Shown piece by piece: positions 12,593 to 32,286 of a stretch of DNA of 64,000 nt (position 1 is its first letter; the number at the start of each line of letters is the position of its first letter). A program made the position numbers and the translations under genes. The stretch lies in the NCBI RefSeq assembly GCF_009914755.1, contig NC_060929.1, one strand, 5' to 3'. The notes under the pieces are model-generated. The model saw only the letters and a list, made by a program, of their open reading frames with translations, was not told where the DNA came from and made no database searches. This DNA comes from the human T2T-CHM13v2.0 reference genome, Homo sapiens.

Positions 12593-13540
12593 GCACAGGC
12601 GTTGCACAGAATACACACAGACTGGAAAGGAAGAAGGAATGGAAACGTGGGACCTACGTATTCAGTATAAGAAAAGTGAAAATAGCAACCAGGAAAGAAC
12701 AAAAAGAAAGTACGAGAAGGATGGTATGAAGAAGACACAAACCAACCTAGGCCCAGTTTCCTAAGAAACACTGGAAACCACACTGAAATGAAATGTCAGA
12801 CGGAATCAAGCCATCTCTGGATTTTCCCCTGTGGGCCGCTCAGTGTCAGCGGGGATGGGAGCAACTGTGGGCCGCTCAGTGTCAGCGGGGATGGGAGCAA
12901 CTGGGACTCTCCTACATCACTCTTAGGGCTAGAAATTGCTAAGGCCGCCCCGAAAACATCCTACTCACTTTTCAGAAAATCACAACTTGCAAAGTACAGC
13001 AAAACCAAGGAAGGCCAAGAGCTTACCTTGGAGAAAGTTCTCGCAGCCCTGGGCGCCACCGGCTGGCTGGTTCTGGGGCTGCTTTGCCAGCAGGCAGCCT
13101 TTTCTCAGCTGCCTTTCTTCGCATCAGGTGGCGGCGGCTGATGGCCCGTGTGGCCTTTGCCCTTGAGGATTAGCCCAGCAGGTTGACTTAGGCCTGGAGC
13201 AGCGGTAAGGGCAGCGTTCTCTGGCGCTGCCCTTTTCCTGTTGGCAGCAGGATGGGGCGAAGCTCCAGGGCCCCAATTCCAGCACCTGATTTGGAAGCAT
13301 CCAGCGGCCTGTGGCACGACGGCGGTGGAGGCGAGCCTGAGCGACTGCAGCTGCATCTCTGTTCCCAGTGCCATCTCCAGATCTTCATGCCCTGAGCAGT
13401 GACCTGGGCCAAGAAGTCACTTTCCTGGATGGTGTCTTCAGGAGGGCATGTTCCTGAACCGTGAGGGGTGGGTGTTCAGCAACTCTCCACAAACTTTTCC
13501 CAGGAATTGGGCGAGGTGCATTGTGCCACAGCCCTTTTTG

Positions 13541-14490
13541 GGTAGGCATAAGGCCCCACGTGGACACCCAGGCCTCAGTCAATATTCAGGAGCAAAGTGG
13601 AGACCTAGGCTCCAGGCAAACATCAGGCCTCAAGTGGACAGTCCCAGGTGAACATTGGACATCCAACACCAGATTGACGCTATGTCTTAGGTGTATGCCA
13701 GTTCCCAGGTGGACTCCAGCTTCCAAATGGACATCAGGCACCAGGCGGACATCAGGTTCCCAGTTGACAAATAGGTTCCAGATGGACAACAGGCCCCAGG
13801 TGATGCCTAGGCCCCACGTTGACACCTGGGCCCCAGGTAGACATGAGGCCCCACGTGGATAGTTATGTTCCTGGTGAACATTAGGCCCCAAATGGACACT
13901 CTGGTTCCAGGTGGATATATGGCCTCAGGGGGCCATCGGGTCCCGGGTGCGCACTGGACTTGACGTATACATCAGGCACGAGGTTTACACCCAGGCCCCA
14001 GGTGCACTGAATGTCACAGATGGACTTCAGGCCCAAGGAGGATACCAAGGCTTCAGGCGGACACCCAGGCCTCACGTGGATATCAGGTCTTAGGTGAAAC
14101 TCAGGCTCTAGTTGGATACCGAGTCTTCAAGTGGACATAACAATGCCCCAGGTGGAACCCAGGCTTTAGATGGATACCAGGCTCCAGGTGGACATTAGGC
14201 CCCAGGGTGACACCAAGGCTCCACGTGGACAGTAAGCCCCAGGTGAACCCCAGACCTCAGGTGGACATCAGGCCCTAATGGATGCCCACACTGCAGGTTG
14301 ACATCAGGCCTCAGGAGGGCACCAGCCCTCAAGTGACCACCAGGTCCCAGGTGGCTGTGTAGGTCCCAGGTGGATATCAGGCATCAGGATGACTCTCAGG
14401 GCCCAGGTGAATGCCAGGCCACAGATGAACAGCAGGTCCAAGGGGTGGACACAGGCCCCCGGTGAACACAAGTTCCCAGATGTATACCCA
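13541..14490 (-). repeat. Same satellite in inverted orientation, block 2
   Basis: Units read aggccccaggtggacatc, the reverse complement of block 1. Confidence 0.9.
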
Positions 14491-16150
14491 GCCTGATGTG
14501 CACCTGCAGACCAGAGTTCGCCTAGGGTCTGATTTCTCCCTGGGGCCTGGGTGTTTTCCTGGGACCTATAACCTGCCTGGGGTCTGGTGTTTACCTAGGG
14601 ATGGGTATCCACCCTGGGTCTGATGTCCGCCTGGGGCCTGGTATCCATCTGGGGCCTGGGTGTCACCCTGGGGCCTTCTGTTGATCTAGGGCCCGATTTC
14701 CATCCTGAGACTGGGTGTCCACCTGGAGTCTGTGTCCCCATGTGACTTGGTGTCCAACTGGGACATTGGACACCGGTAAACACCAGGCCCCGTGTGGATT
14801 ACTGTGGTACACCTGATGTACAGCTTGAATCCAGTGTCCACTTGGTCCTGATGGCTACCTTAGGCCTGTTGTTCACCTGGGGCCAGGCGTTGTGCTGGGC
14901 CCTAATGTCCACTAGGAGCCTGGTGTTTACCAGGGGGTCTCGACTCCCACCTGGGGCCTGGGTGTTTCCATGGGATCTGATACCCTTCTGTGGCTTTGGT
15001 TTCCATCTGTGGCCTGATGTTCACCTGGCATCTAGGTACCCATGTGAGGCCTGGTGTCACCCTGGGACCTGACGTTCACCTGGAGCCTGGTGTCAACTTG
15101 GGGCATGGGTGTTCACCTGGGGCCTAGTAGTTTACATGTGCCTTCATGTTTACTGAGTTCTTAAGTGTCAACTTGTGTCTTGATTTCTACCATGAGCCTG
15201 GTGTCCACCTGGAGCCTGGGTGTCACCCTAGGGCCTGAAGTCCTGGGGATTAGCTGTCCAATTGGAGCCTAGGTATCCACCTGGGTCTGAAGTCCATTTG
15301 GAGTGAAGTTTTCACTTGAGTCCTCATGTAAACCTGGGGCCTGGGTGTCAACCTTGAGCCTGATGTTCACCTGTGGTCCTGTGTCCACATTGGGACTGAT
15401 TATTCACCTGGTGCCACGTGTGCACGTGGGGCCTGAGGGTTTACCTGGCTCATGCCCACCTGGGACCTTATGAGTTCCTGGGGCCTAGGTATACTCCCTA
15501 GGCCAGGTGCCCACCTGGGTTCTCATATCCACGTTGGGCTTTGTGTTCACTTGAGGCGTGGTATTCTTCTGGGGGTGGGTGTTCACCTGCGACCTCATAC
15601 CTACTTGGGGCTTGGGTATCCTCCTGGGGCCTGATATTCCCCTATGACCTGGGGTGCAACTGGGGCCTGGGTGTCAGCCTGGCAGCTGAGTTCAGTGTCC
15701 ACTTGGGGCCTGGTATTTAGCTGAGGCCTGACACCCACCTGAGGCCTGGGTGTTTAGGTGTGGTCTGTTATCTTTCTGTTGCCTGGGTTTTTATCAGGAG
15801 CCTGATGTTCACCAGGCCACCTAGGTGTCCACCTGGACCAAATGTCTCTCTGGGCCCTGATGTTCACTTGTTGTCTGGTATTTACCAAGGCTTGGGCATC
15901 CACCTGTTGACTGATGTTCAGCTGGGGCATAGATATTCACATGGGGCCCGAGGGTACACCTGGTGCCTGACGTCTGCCCGGGTCCTAGTAATCCACATGG
16001 GCCTGGTGTTTACCAGAAGCCTAATGTTCACCCTGGGCCTCATGTTTACCTGGAGCCTTGGTGTCAACCTGGGGCCAGATATCGACTGGGGGCCTAGTAT
16101 CCACCTGGAGATGGGATGTCCAGCTGGGTTCTGATGTCCACCTAGGATTG
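14491..16150 (+). repeat. Same satellite in forward orientation, block 3
   Basis: Units revert to tccacctggggcct from ~14491. Confidence 0.9.
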
Positions 16151-16604
16151 TCCTCATGTGTGGTGGATGAAATTTAGGGCCTGGTGGTGAAATTTAAAAC
16201 AGAGCCTTAAAAGCTATCGAGCCAAGTGAAGCAAGCAGAGGAAGGTCATTCCATTCCGGCAATGAGAAGAATGTGAGCCCAGTGATGGAGCCATGAACAG
16301 CTCAGTATGTGTTGGGATCTGCAAGAGGGAGGTAAGTTGTGGGTGCACTGGAATACCAGACCAGGGACGGGAGGATGCTTTTCAAGCTGCCTTTCGCTTT
16401 TTCCTCGAATGTCATAGGAAGTCAGACTTATTCTTTGTAGGTCAGAGTTGAGTGTTACCTAATATCAACGTTTGCAGGAAATGAAGTGGAAACACTTTTC
16501 TTAGATAGAAGAGATAGCACTTGCAAAAATTTAGAAATGTGAGGGAACATAAATTGGAAATAATTTTGTTTTTAAAACAAGTAGTTAATAATACTTTACT
16601 TTCT

Positions 16605-16916
16605 ATTTATTTATTTATTTATTTATTTTTTGGAGACAGTCTTGCTCTGTCGCCCATGCTGGAATGCAGTGTTGTGATCTTGGTTCACTGCAACCCCTAC
16701 CTCCCAGGTTCAAGCCATTCTCTGCCTCAGCCTCCTGGGTAGCTGGGATTACAGGCACACACCACCGAGCCTGGCTAATTTTTTTGTATTTTTAGTAGAG
16801 ACACGGGGTCTTGCCACACTGCCCAGGCTGGTCTCAAATTCCAGAGCACAATGTGATCCTCCCACCTTGGCCTCCCAAAGTGCTGGGATTACAGCCAGGA
16901 GTCACTGCACCCAGCC
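16605..16916 (-). mobile_element. Old Alu (AluJ-like)
   Basis: Diverged dimer with a (ttta)n tail. Confidence 0.85.
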
Positions 16917-16964
16917 AGGATGTTTATTTTTTAACCTTCTATTTGTCTGATGTCTGGGCTCTAT

Positions 16965-17085
16965 GGGGAGTGGCAAGGGAAAGTGGTATACACTTAATGA
17001 CACAGAGGAGACTTTGACCTAAATGGTGAGACCCTGAAGTGTGAATGCTTTGGAGGAGAATATAGATCAGAAGTTTATGATCAAA
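16965..17085 (+). pseudogene. USP24: USP24-derived exon remnant (catalytic domain, WYKFND region), frameshifted
   Basis: [13 protein letters not shown] / [25 protein letters not shown] then gtaatt, versus recalled USP24 GCGKGKWYKFNDTVIEEFDLNDETLEYECFGGEYRPKVYDQ. Confidence 0.85.
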
Positions 17086-18506
17086 GTAATTATTTACAAA
17101 TAGATATTTTCCATTACTTTATTTTTAATTTAAAGTTCTATATAACATTGGAAGTAATATTCTTTATGTACAACTACAATAGATTTTATCCTTTTTCTAA
17201 TACTTCTGTTCTAGTTACAGAACCATGAATGACCTCTTTGATAACTGGAATGAAAATGTTGTAGCTGCTTATAAGATTTTTTAAAGATAATTCTTTACGA
17301 CAGCCTTGGGGGGGTGCATGTTGGTGTGAGAGAGGAGTAAGTTAAGGGGATGATATGAATATCAAAGAGAAACTAATGAATAAAGAAGTCCAACCTTAAG
17401 ATTAGTTTCAGCAGAAGTAATTTTCCACCAAAATTTCAGATTACCTTTTCACTTATATAGGAGTGTGATTAATTAGGGAAGACATTTGTAACACTTGCAC
17501 TTTTAAAACCATATTTATTATGCAGCATTGCAAAGCAGTCTTTTCTTCCACAGCCCCCAGTCCCAGAACAAAAAAAGTATGGGGGAAAGTACCTCAGAAA
17601 ACCCAGTCACAATATGCTATATTTGAAAATAGCCATTTTGTGGAGACCTTAGCAGAAATTTGGCCTTGAAGTCATCTGGGGGCATTTTAAAATTCTTACC
17701 TGTGTTAGATTCACTAGTTTAGATGTTGATACCATACTACCATAGCCATGCATGTAATGGTGGTAAGCTTTAAGGTTGAATATAGTATATTTACCAGAAT
17801 TTACCTAGATTTGGCTGATCTTTGAGGAAATGTTTAGATGACGCCAGTTATGATTTCACCCTGTGCTAAAGAACATGTATATGTTTTTGCCATAGGTGTG
17901 TTTTCTTTACATTATTTATACAAATAATTTTCTATAATATCTGGGAGCAAACTGGGGAATTTGGCAGTCCAATTGGCAGGTCCCCTCAGATACCCACGGG
18001 CTGACGGCATTGGTACCAAGTGACCAGGTTCACAGTGCAGCTTGTGGCTCCAGTCCAACTGGCAGGTGGCTCTTCCTCCACGTCCCAGCTGCCATTTTCA
18101 TAAAACAATCCGTGGTGTCCCGCTCGGAGACTGGGTTCCTGGCTCTCCCACTCGCATTGCTGTAGCAAGAGATCCATAGAACATATTTTAAAATGTTACT
18201 TGCTATTTGCTTAAATGTAGACTTTTCTAGGCTATTTCTTTTCCTTACTCCATTACTGAACAACTCCCTTACTTCCTCCTCCCCCCCAGTATCACTCCCA
18301 AGTAAGGGATTGGTTTTAGTCCCAGAACTGAAGTACCCTGAGCTCCATTCGAAGCAGTACTCTACAGAGACCCACATTTTCTTTATATTTTGAATTTAAC
18401 AAGTTTAGTGAGTAGTTATTTTTGCTGAATTTATGGACCCTTTGTTTTAGATTTGCAAGACAAGAAAAACTTTTACAGACTTCTTACTTAATGTTTTATT
18501 ATAATG

Positions 18507-18649
18507 CAGACCTGTACAGTGTTGTATGCTGAAGATACTGGAATGCCTGTGTGCTCTTCTACCGGAGAGTGTCTGATCAGAACTCTTCAGTATGACCAAA
18601 GAAACTCAAGTTAGCATTGTCCTGCAGGAAGCTGAGGATCTCTCTCTCT
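18507..18649 (+). pseudogene. USP24: Next USP24-derived exon remnant with stops, a frameshift and a dead donor
   Basis: *RYWNACVLFYRRVSDQNSSV*PKK / VSIVLQEAEDLSL, versus recalled RYWNAYMLFYQRVSDQNSPVLPKKSRVSVVRQEAEDLSL; the donor reads ctaag. Confidence 0.85.
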
Positions 18650-18725
18650 CTAAGTTTTTCTTCTGTATAATTTCTTCTGTGTGCTTTGAGTAGATATAGT
18701 GTGATCTTTAAAAAGATCAGGCAAG

Positions 18726-19013
18726 GCTAGGTGCCGTGGCTCATGCCTGTAATCCCAGAACTTTAGGAGGCCAAGGTGGGCAGATCATCAGGTCAGGAGG
18801 TCGAGATTGTCCTGGCCAACATGGTGAAACCCCGTCTCTACTAAAAAATACAAAAAAATTAGCCAGGCATGGTGGTGCACGCCTGTAGTCCCAGCTACTT
18901 GGGAGGCTGAGGCAGTGGAACTGGAGGTTGCAGTGAGCCGAAATTGTGCCACTGCACTCCAGCCTGGCAACAAAGCGAGACTCCGTCTCAAAAAACAAAA
19001 CAAAACAAAAAAC
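18726..19013 (+). mobile_element. AluS with an internal deletion in the right arm
   Basis: Alu dimer with a (caaaa)n tail. Confidence 0.9.
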
Positions 19014-19184
19014 AAGGCAGTTCCTCAGAGAGTGGATCCAGGGTCAGAACGAAGAACTTTGTACATGGACACAACAAAATCTTTATAATATCTGACCTAC
19101 AGAATTCCACTATTGCAATGGATCAGTGACTTCTGTGTTTTTTTCCCATCTTCTATTTTCCAAATGAAAAATTTTACTGGGACT

Positions 19185-25320
<6,136 letters not shown>

Positions 25321-25394
25321 AAATTTTATTGGGACTATTTTGATTCTACACCACTATTCTTTATTGGGTGTAACCCAGCAGGTCCACAAATAAT

Positions 25395-25804
25395 TATTAT
25401 TATTATTATTACCTTTTTTTTTGAGATGGAGTGTCACTCTTGTCACCTGGGCTAGAGTGCAGATGCGCAAAAGAGTGAGACTCTGTCTCAAAATAAATAA
25501 ATAAAATAAAAACAGGAAAATACATTTGTTGACCTCCTGGGTTGTGCCCAATAAAGAATAGTGGAGTTTAATAGCGGTTCACTGCAACCTCCACCTCCCA
25601 GCTTAAAGCGATTCTTCTCCCTCAGTCTCCCAAGTAGCTGGGATTACGGCACCCACCACAATACTCAGCTAATTTTTGTATTTTTAGTAGAGACAGGTTT
25701 CACCATGTTGGCCAGGCTGGTCTCAAACTCCTGACCTCAGGTGATCCGCCCACATTGTCCTCCCAAAGTGCTAGATTACAGGCATGAACCACCACGTCCG
25801 GCCT
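25395..25804 (-). mobile_element. AluS interrupted by an inverted duplication
   Basis: Alu breaks after ctagagtgcag (~25462) and resumes at ~25570 (ggttcactgcaacc). Confidence 0.85.
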
Positions 25805-25823
25805 AACAAATGATTTTTCATAG

Positions 25824-26258
<435 letters not shown>

Positions 26259-28774
26259 CAAGGGACTTTGGTCTTTCTTGCTTGGGGCTGGGATGAGTGT
26301 GTCCTGTGTGAGAAGAAGGAGGCACAAGGCAGATTGGGTGGCCACAGCTGTAACCTGGAGCCACAGAGCGGGCTTCTGTTACACACTATTCTTCTTTTCT
26401 TCACTTTAACAGAACCATCCCTTGAGGTTTAGCTGGGGGCACCTGGCTGCCCAGCTACAGACTAGATTTTCCAGACTAATTTATATCAATTTTCTTTATT
26501 CTTTTAAAAGTTGTTTATTTATTGCACTTACATACTAAGATACCATTCTCAAAGGACCACGAAAGCAGAAATGGTTAATATATGAAGCTGTCTATAGGCA
26601 TGATAGAATAAAAAGTTTAAAAATTATTTGGGTCGGGCTTAAATAACTTTAACAGGTTAAAAAAAGTGTTTGACAATATTCAACAAATAATTCTTCACCT
26701 AATTTCTTATTGAAGCAATCACCTTAATATTCATTGGCCTTGATAAATGTGAACACTGGTCATATTTATGTAAATAATGGTCATGTGGCTTTCTTGGCAT
26801 ATCTAAATTCATGTTAGATCTGGCTTAACCTGTGCTTATGTATGTATATGTTACAGTTATGTACATTAAATGTGTGTGTAAGAGTTGGAATTATTTGAAA
26901 GATAGCAAAATTTTAACTAGAAAAAATAAGTTAATATCTAATAATAGTTGACTTGTTGATTAAAATAAGTAGTTATTATGAAAGAGAAAAAAGGTGATTT
27001 CAAATTGATTCAGAAGAACTGGCCTAGCAACTAAGATTGTATGCTTTCCTTTTTTTTAAAAAAAAAAAAGAACGGATATAATGTTATGTGACAATTAAAT
27101 ACAGAAATTACAAAACTAGTTAAATTGATGTTGCCATTAAAGCAACATTAAATAGTTTTGGGGGAGAAGAAAGAAGCCGAGAAGATGGTATCTGTGCAGT
27201 TAAGATGGTCATGTCATTTGATACATGTAAACAGAAAGCAGCCTGAGGCCCACACCTGCACCATGCTGAAAGAGCTGACCAGCGTTATATGTTCAGTCCT
27301 AGATGAAATGCTGCATTTGTTTTTTAAACACTGGTATGCATTGTTTTAAAAATGTATAAAATAACAGTGAAAAGTTAAAGAATCGTAAGAATGTAGCTAA
27401 AGGTAAAAAAATTTTGCAAAGCCATAATTTTTATGATGAAACAATATATTTTTTATCTTTTACGTATAATGTTTTAATGCTTTTTTAGCCCAATGAAATG
27501 TGGAAGTGTTTTGTGATTTTTATCTTACTATAGTGATTGTTTTATAAACAAAGAAAAAATTAATTCAGGATTGCAGATATGGTAAACTATTAAAATAGTT
27601 TGGGTATTAAAATATGAAATAATTGGGTATTAATTCAAAATCCAAGAGTTGCCATTGAACAAACCTGTAGGCATAGGTAAGTGCTGAGGTGAAAGTGCCA
27701 ACCAAAGCCGTTAGATTGAACATTTATGCCTGGAGGGAATCAGTAGAGGAACTGGCTGTGGACCTTCACCTCTGCATCCCCTTTGCTTTCTGCTGTAGCT
27801 GGGTATCACAAAAACAACAACAAAAGCCACTTATTTCTTAAAGACAGAGAAAGCATAGTTCCTTCCATTTAGGCATTCCTAAATTGCCTCCCCGGTGGCC
27901 CCTGCGCTCTTGGAGGAGGTCAAGGCAGAGCAGACCCTCAGGTGGGGGAGCGATGCACTTGACCCTGAGGACATCAGGTACCAGGCCCACTAGCCCCCGC
28001 AGGCGCGGAGCTGCGGCTGCAGCCACCAGCCTAGACGTGGCGCGCCCGCAGCAAGTGGCTGGACACCGCAGACCAGGCCCGCGTCCCCAGCAGCGCGGAT
28101 CCCGGGGCCAGCCGCCCAGGCAGCAAAGTCAGGCGGTCGGCTTCGCCAGCAGCCGATGAGTCTCATCCTGTGGATTGCCCAGCGCCAGGGATCAGGATCC
28201 GGAGAGGTGTCCAGGAGGAGCAGACCCTCAGACCAGGTAGGCTGTGCACTCGGTGACCCTGACGCCATCCAAGGGAAGCTCCGCCATCCCGCGCCAGTGC
28301 CAGAGCTGCAACTGCAAACTGCGCGTCCTGGCACGAGCAGCGGTGGGGGCGGGTGGGGGAAGGAGCGAGTGACTCTCCAGGCGTCTTCCGCTACCTGACA
28401 CCAGCCAGGCAGCCCCCAGGGCCAGAGCGTCAGCGCCGAAGCCAGGCTCATCCGGGAAGCCACTCCGGTGGCCGCGGGGTGCCCATGCCAGCACCAGATC
28501 TCTCTTCGGAAGGAGGAGCGGGGCGGGCTACACGGCCAGGCGGGCCCTCCCCTTAAGGCGGGGTGGGCCGCGCGCCTGCGATTTTCCGTCCGTGGTCCTG
28601 GGGCAGCCCGGGCCAGCCAGGAGAACCCGCGAGCCCAGCGGCGCCTGCACCTGCGGCTTCCAGGAGCCGGGCGGCTTTGCGAGGCTCACTAGGTCTGAGA
28701 GGTCGGAGGCCGCCAGTGTCGCTGCTGAAGGGTGGACCAGGCGGGATCGCGGATTCTGGGCTAGATCGCAGACT

Positions 28775-29255
28775 TGGTATCGCGGATTGGGATTTGGATC
28801 GGGGATTTTGAGTTGGATCACGGATTGGGGGTTGGATCACGGATTGGGGTTTGGATCGCGGATTGGGGGTTGGATCACGGATTGGGGGTTGGATCGCGGA
28901 TTGGGGTTTGGATCGCGGATTGGGGTTTGGATCACGGATTGGGGGTTGGATCACGGATTGGGATTTGGATCACGGATTGGGGGTTGGATCGCGGATTGGG
29001 GTTTGGATCGCGGATTGGGGGTTGGATCGCGGATGTTGAGTTGGATCACGGATTGGGGGTTGGATCGCGGATTGGGGGTTGGATCGCGGATTGGGGGTTG
29101 GATCGCGGATTGGGGGTTGGATCGCGGATTGGGAGTTGGATCGCGGATTGGGGGTTGGATCGCGGATTGGGGGTTGGATCGCGGATTGGGGTTTGGATCG
29201 CGGATTGGAGGTTGGATCGCGGATTGGGGGTTGGATAGGGGATTTGGAGTTGGAT
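28775..29255. repeat. 19-bp VNTR (ggatcgcggattgggggtt), ~25 copies
   Basis: Directly visible; it also produces the 19-aa periodicity of the overlapping ORFs. Confidence 0.97.
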
Positions 29256-29359
29256 TGGGGATTTGGGGCTGGGTGTGGGGCGAGGGGGAGTGAAAAGGTG
29301 ACACGGAGCTGCCGCGGCTCAGGAGCCAGTGGTTGGGGGTCTGAGAAGAACTCACCACC

Positions 29360-29547
29360 TTGAAGAAGTTCTTCGGCTTTGGGAGCCGCAGGGGCCGGCG
29401 GTCCGGGGCTCCCTAGGCCACGTCTACAGGGGTTCGGGGTACCGAATCGGAAGATCCACAGGGCGCTGTCAAGGGCGAAGCCGCGGAAGTGGAGCGCTGC
29501 CTGGAGCGCAGGAGCAGAGACCTGGAAGCCGGGGACAGGCAGCACAG
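29360..29547 (+). pseudogene. ANKRD20A/ANKRD18-like exon 1, decayed
   Basis: ctcaccacc-TTG (ATG lost) then [11 protein letters not shown] / AVRGSLGHVYRGSGYRI / KIHRA / [27 protein letters not shown] across frameshifts, versus recalled ANKRD20A [62 protein letters not shown]; the donor reads gc. Confidence 0.9.
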
Positions 29548-29851
29548 GCAGTGGGGTGGGGGCTCAGCCCAGGGTGGGAGGGGGTCCCCAGGCCCGGCTT
29601 CCCCGCAGCCCCTGGGATGGGGCCTCGGAGGGCACCCTCAGAGGGGTGGTGCCAAACGGAGCCTCAGCTGCTCTGCATCCCCCATAATTCCCCAGCTGGA
29701 GCGCTTGGTGGAGAATGTGAGTGATTTAACTCACCAAGCTAAGCATACACAGTGTTATTTTTAACCTACACGTTTAAAACATGGTGTTATACACATTATA
29801 GGAGGTGCCTAATGAGAGAACTCATTCCTCTATCAAAAAATACCGTGAGTC

Positions 29852-30270
<419 letters not shown>

Positions 30271-30413
30271 TTAGAAGGAAACTTGGAAGTGGGAGGTGGG
30301 TTCTGTGTTCCTGAATGGGAAGACACATTTTTCTCAAAATGTGAGCTCTTTCTGTGATTATCAATTTTACATAAGCCGAATGAAAAAATCAAGGTTTTAA
30401 CATTTTTGCATGA

Positions 30414-30755
<342 letters not shown>

Positions 30756-31370
30756 TGAAAAGTGCATCTTCATTTTACAGGGAATTCTTTCAAATCAAAT
30801 AATCAAAAACTGTAAAAGGGGGCAAAGTACTTTTTTGCAGATCTACAAGTTTCTTATGTAAATAGGAAAAAAAGCCTTTGCTTTTCTGGTATAAGCATTT
30901 AAATTAAAAGAGGAATGAAACTGTTTTCTATCCACAATGTGTGAGGATGTTTTTTATACTGCTGCCTGAAGTTTAAGTTGCTGATTACTTTTTAAATAGA
31001 TAATTTGGTGGTAAGTACTATATTTTAAAAATGCGTATGCCCGTTACCCTTCAATGCCATTATACTAAAATACCCTTGGGAAATAGAGATACATGCACTT
31101 TGTTTTTCACAGCACTTATTTTAAAAAGAACCCATAGAATGGATCTTATAAGTAAATTTCAGTTGCATCCATAGGATGCAATAATATGTGACCATCAAAG
31201 GTGACAATAGATATAGAAGTACGTTGATGTGCGAAGATGTATTTTGTTTTAGCCAGCGAGGAAAAAAGAATCAGTTTGATTATACATTTACCAAACATTA
31301 AGAATTTAATATGGTAACTTTTATTTCAGTATTAAAATAGCAATTTTATTTATTACTTTTTTATATACAG

Positions 31371-31426
31371 AATTCGACACCAAATTTTGGAACTTAAAAA
31401 GAAGATTCTTAAAACTTACAATCCAG
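31371..31426 (+). pseudogene. ANKRD20A/18-like post-ankyrin exon (56 nt) with intact splice sites
   Basis: tatacag|A ATT CGA..CCA G|gtaag translates IRHQILELKKKILKTYNP, versus recalled IQQQILEHKKKILKK. Confidence 0.85.
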
Positions 31427-31851
31427 GTAAGACTTCTGATAGTGAATTTCTCATTTCTCATGGTGGTCCTACTCTTGGTTTAAAAAAATTAAGATGTAAG
31501 ATTAAGGTAGTTTTGAAGGAAAAGAAAAGTTTAAAAAGATGTGTAAATTGCATGTATATATACATATATACATACATGTAAATTAGTTTCTTATATTTAA
31601 CTTCTTTAGTTTGGAATTAAGAGTTATTTAAGAAGGTAGTTGTAGCTGATTTATAATCTCAAACAGTATTATCTGAAAAAAAAAATCATTTACTTAATTA
31701 TGATCCCGAAAATCCTATATAATATTTATGTTTTCTCTATAGTCACATTGTAACAAATTGGACTTGTTATACATATGGATCTTCTAGTTCATTTTTGTAA
31801 TAAGTTGTTTATTTTTATAATAAATTGTTTATATTTAGTAAATACATAATT

Positions 31852-32286
31852 ACACTTGACCCATGAATAATGTGGGGGTTAGGGGCTCTGATTCCAGTGC
31901 AGCTGAAAATCTAAGTATAACTTTTGATTTTCCCAATTTAGCTACTAATAGCCCACTATTGACTGGAAGCCTTCCTGATAACATAAACGGTCCATTAATA
32001 CCTATTTTATTTGTGCTGCATTATTATATACTGTATATTATATATACAATAAAGTAAGCTAGACAAGTGAAGCTGTTAGAAAGAAAATCTGCAGGAAAAA
32101 TATATTGACTTTTCATAAAGCGTAAATGGATCCTCACAAAGGTCTTCATCTTTATCATCTTCAGGTTGTTCAGGCTGAGAAGGAAGAGAGGTTGGTCTTG
32201 CTGTCTCTGGGTTGCAGAGGCAGAAGAAAATCTGCATATAAATGAACTCCTGCAGTTCAAACCCTTGCTGTTCAAGGGTGAACTGT
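31852..32286. mobile_element. Tigger2a/MER28-type DNA transposon
   Basis: TIR-like ends cacttgacccatgaa and ttcaagggtgaactg with TA flanks, ~435 bp. Confidence 0.75.

Larger units (their letters stand above)
27890..29720. promoter_or_regulatory. CpG island / promoter of the ANKRD20A-like pseudogene
   Basis: High GC with many retained CpGs, GC boxes (ggggcggg at 28345 and 28520), surrounding the pseudo-exon 1. Confidence 0.8.

Noticed and set aside
10698-16150. CRISPR-like or coding interpretation of the short-unit arrays (also 28775-29255 and 40060-42968)
   Set aside because: The units are contiguous and degenerate with no unique spacers, there are no cas genes, and the context is primate DNA.
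17986-18393. ORFs between the USP24 exons
   Set aside because: No recognisable homology; they lie in the inherited intron.
28553-29545. Periodic W/G/D-rich ORFs (233 aa and others)
   Set aside because: These are translations of the 19-bp VNTR.
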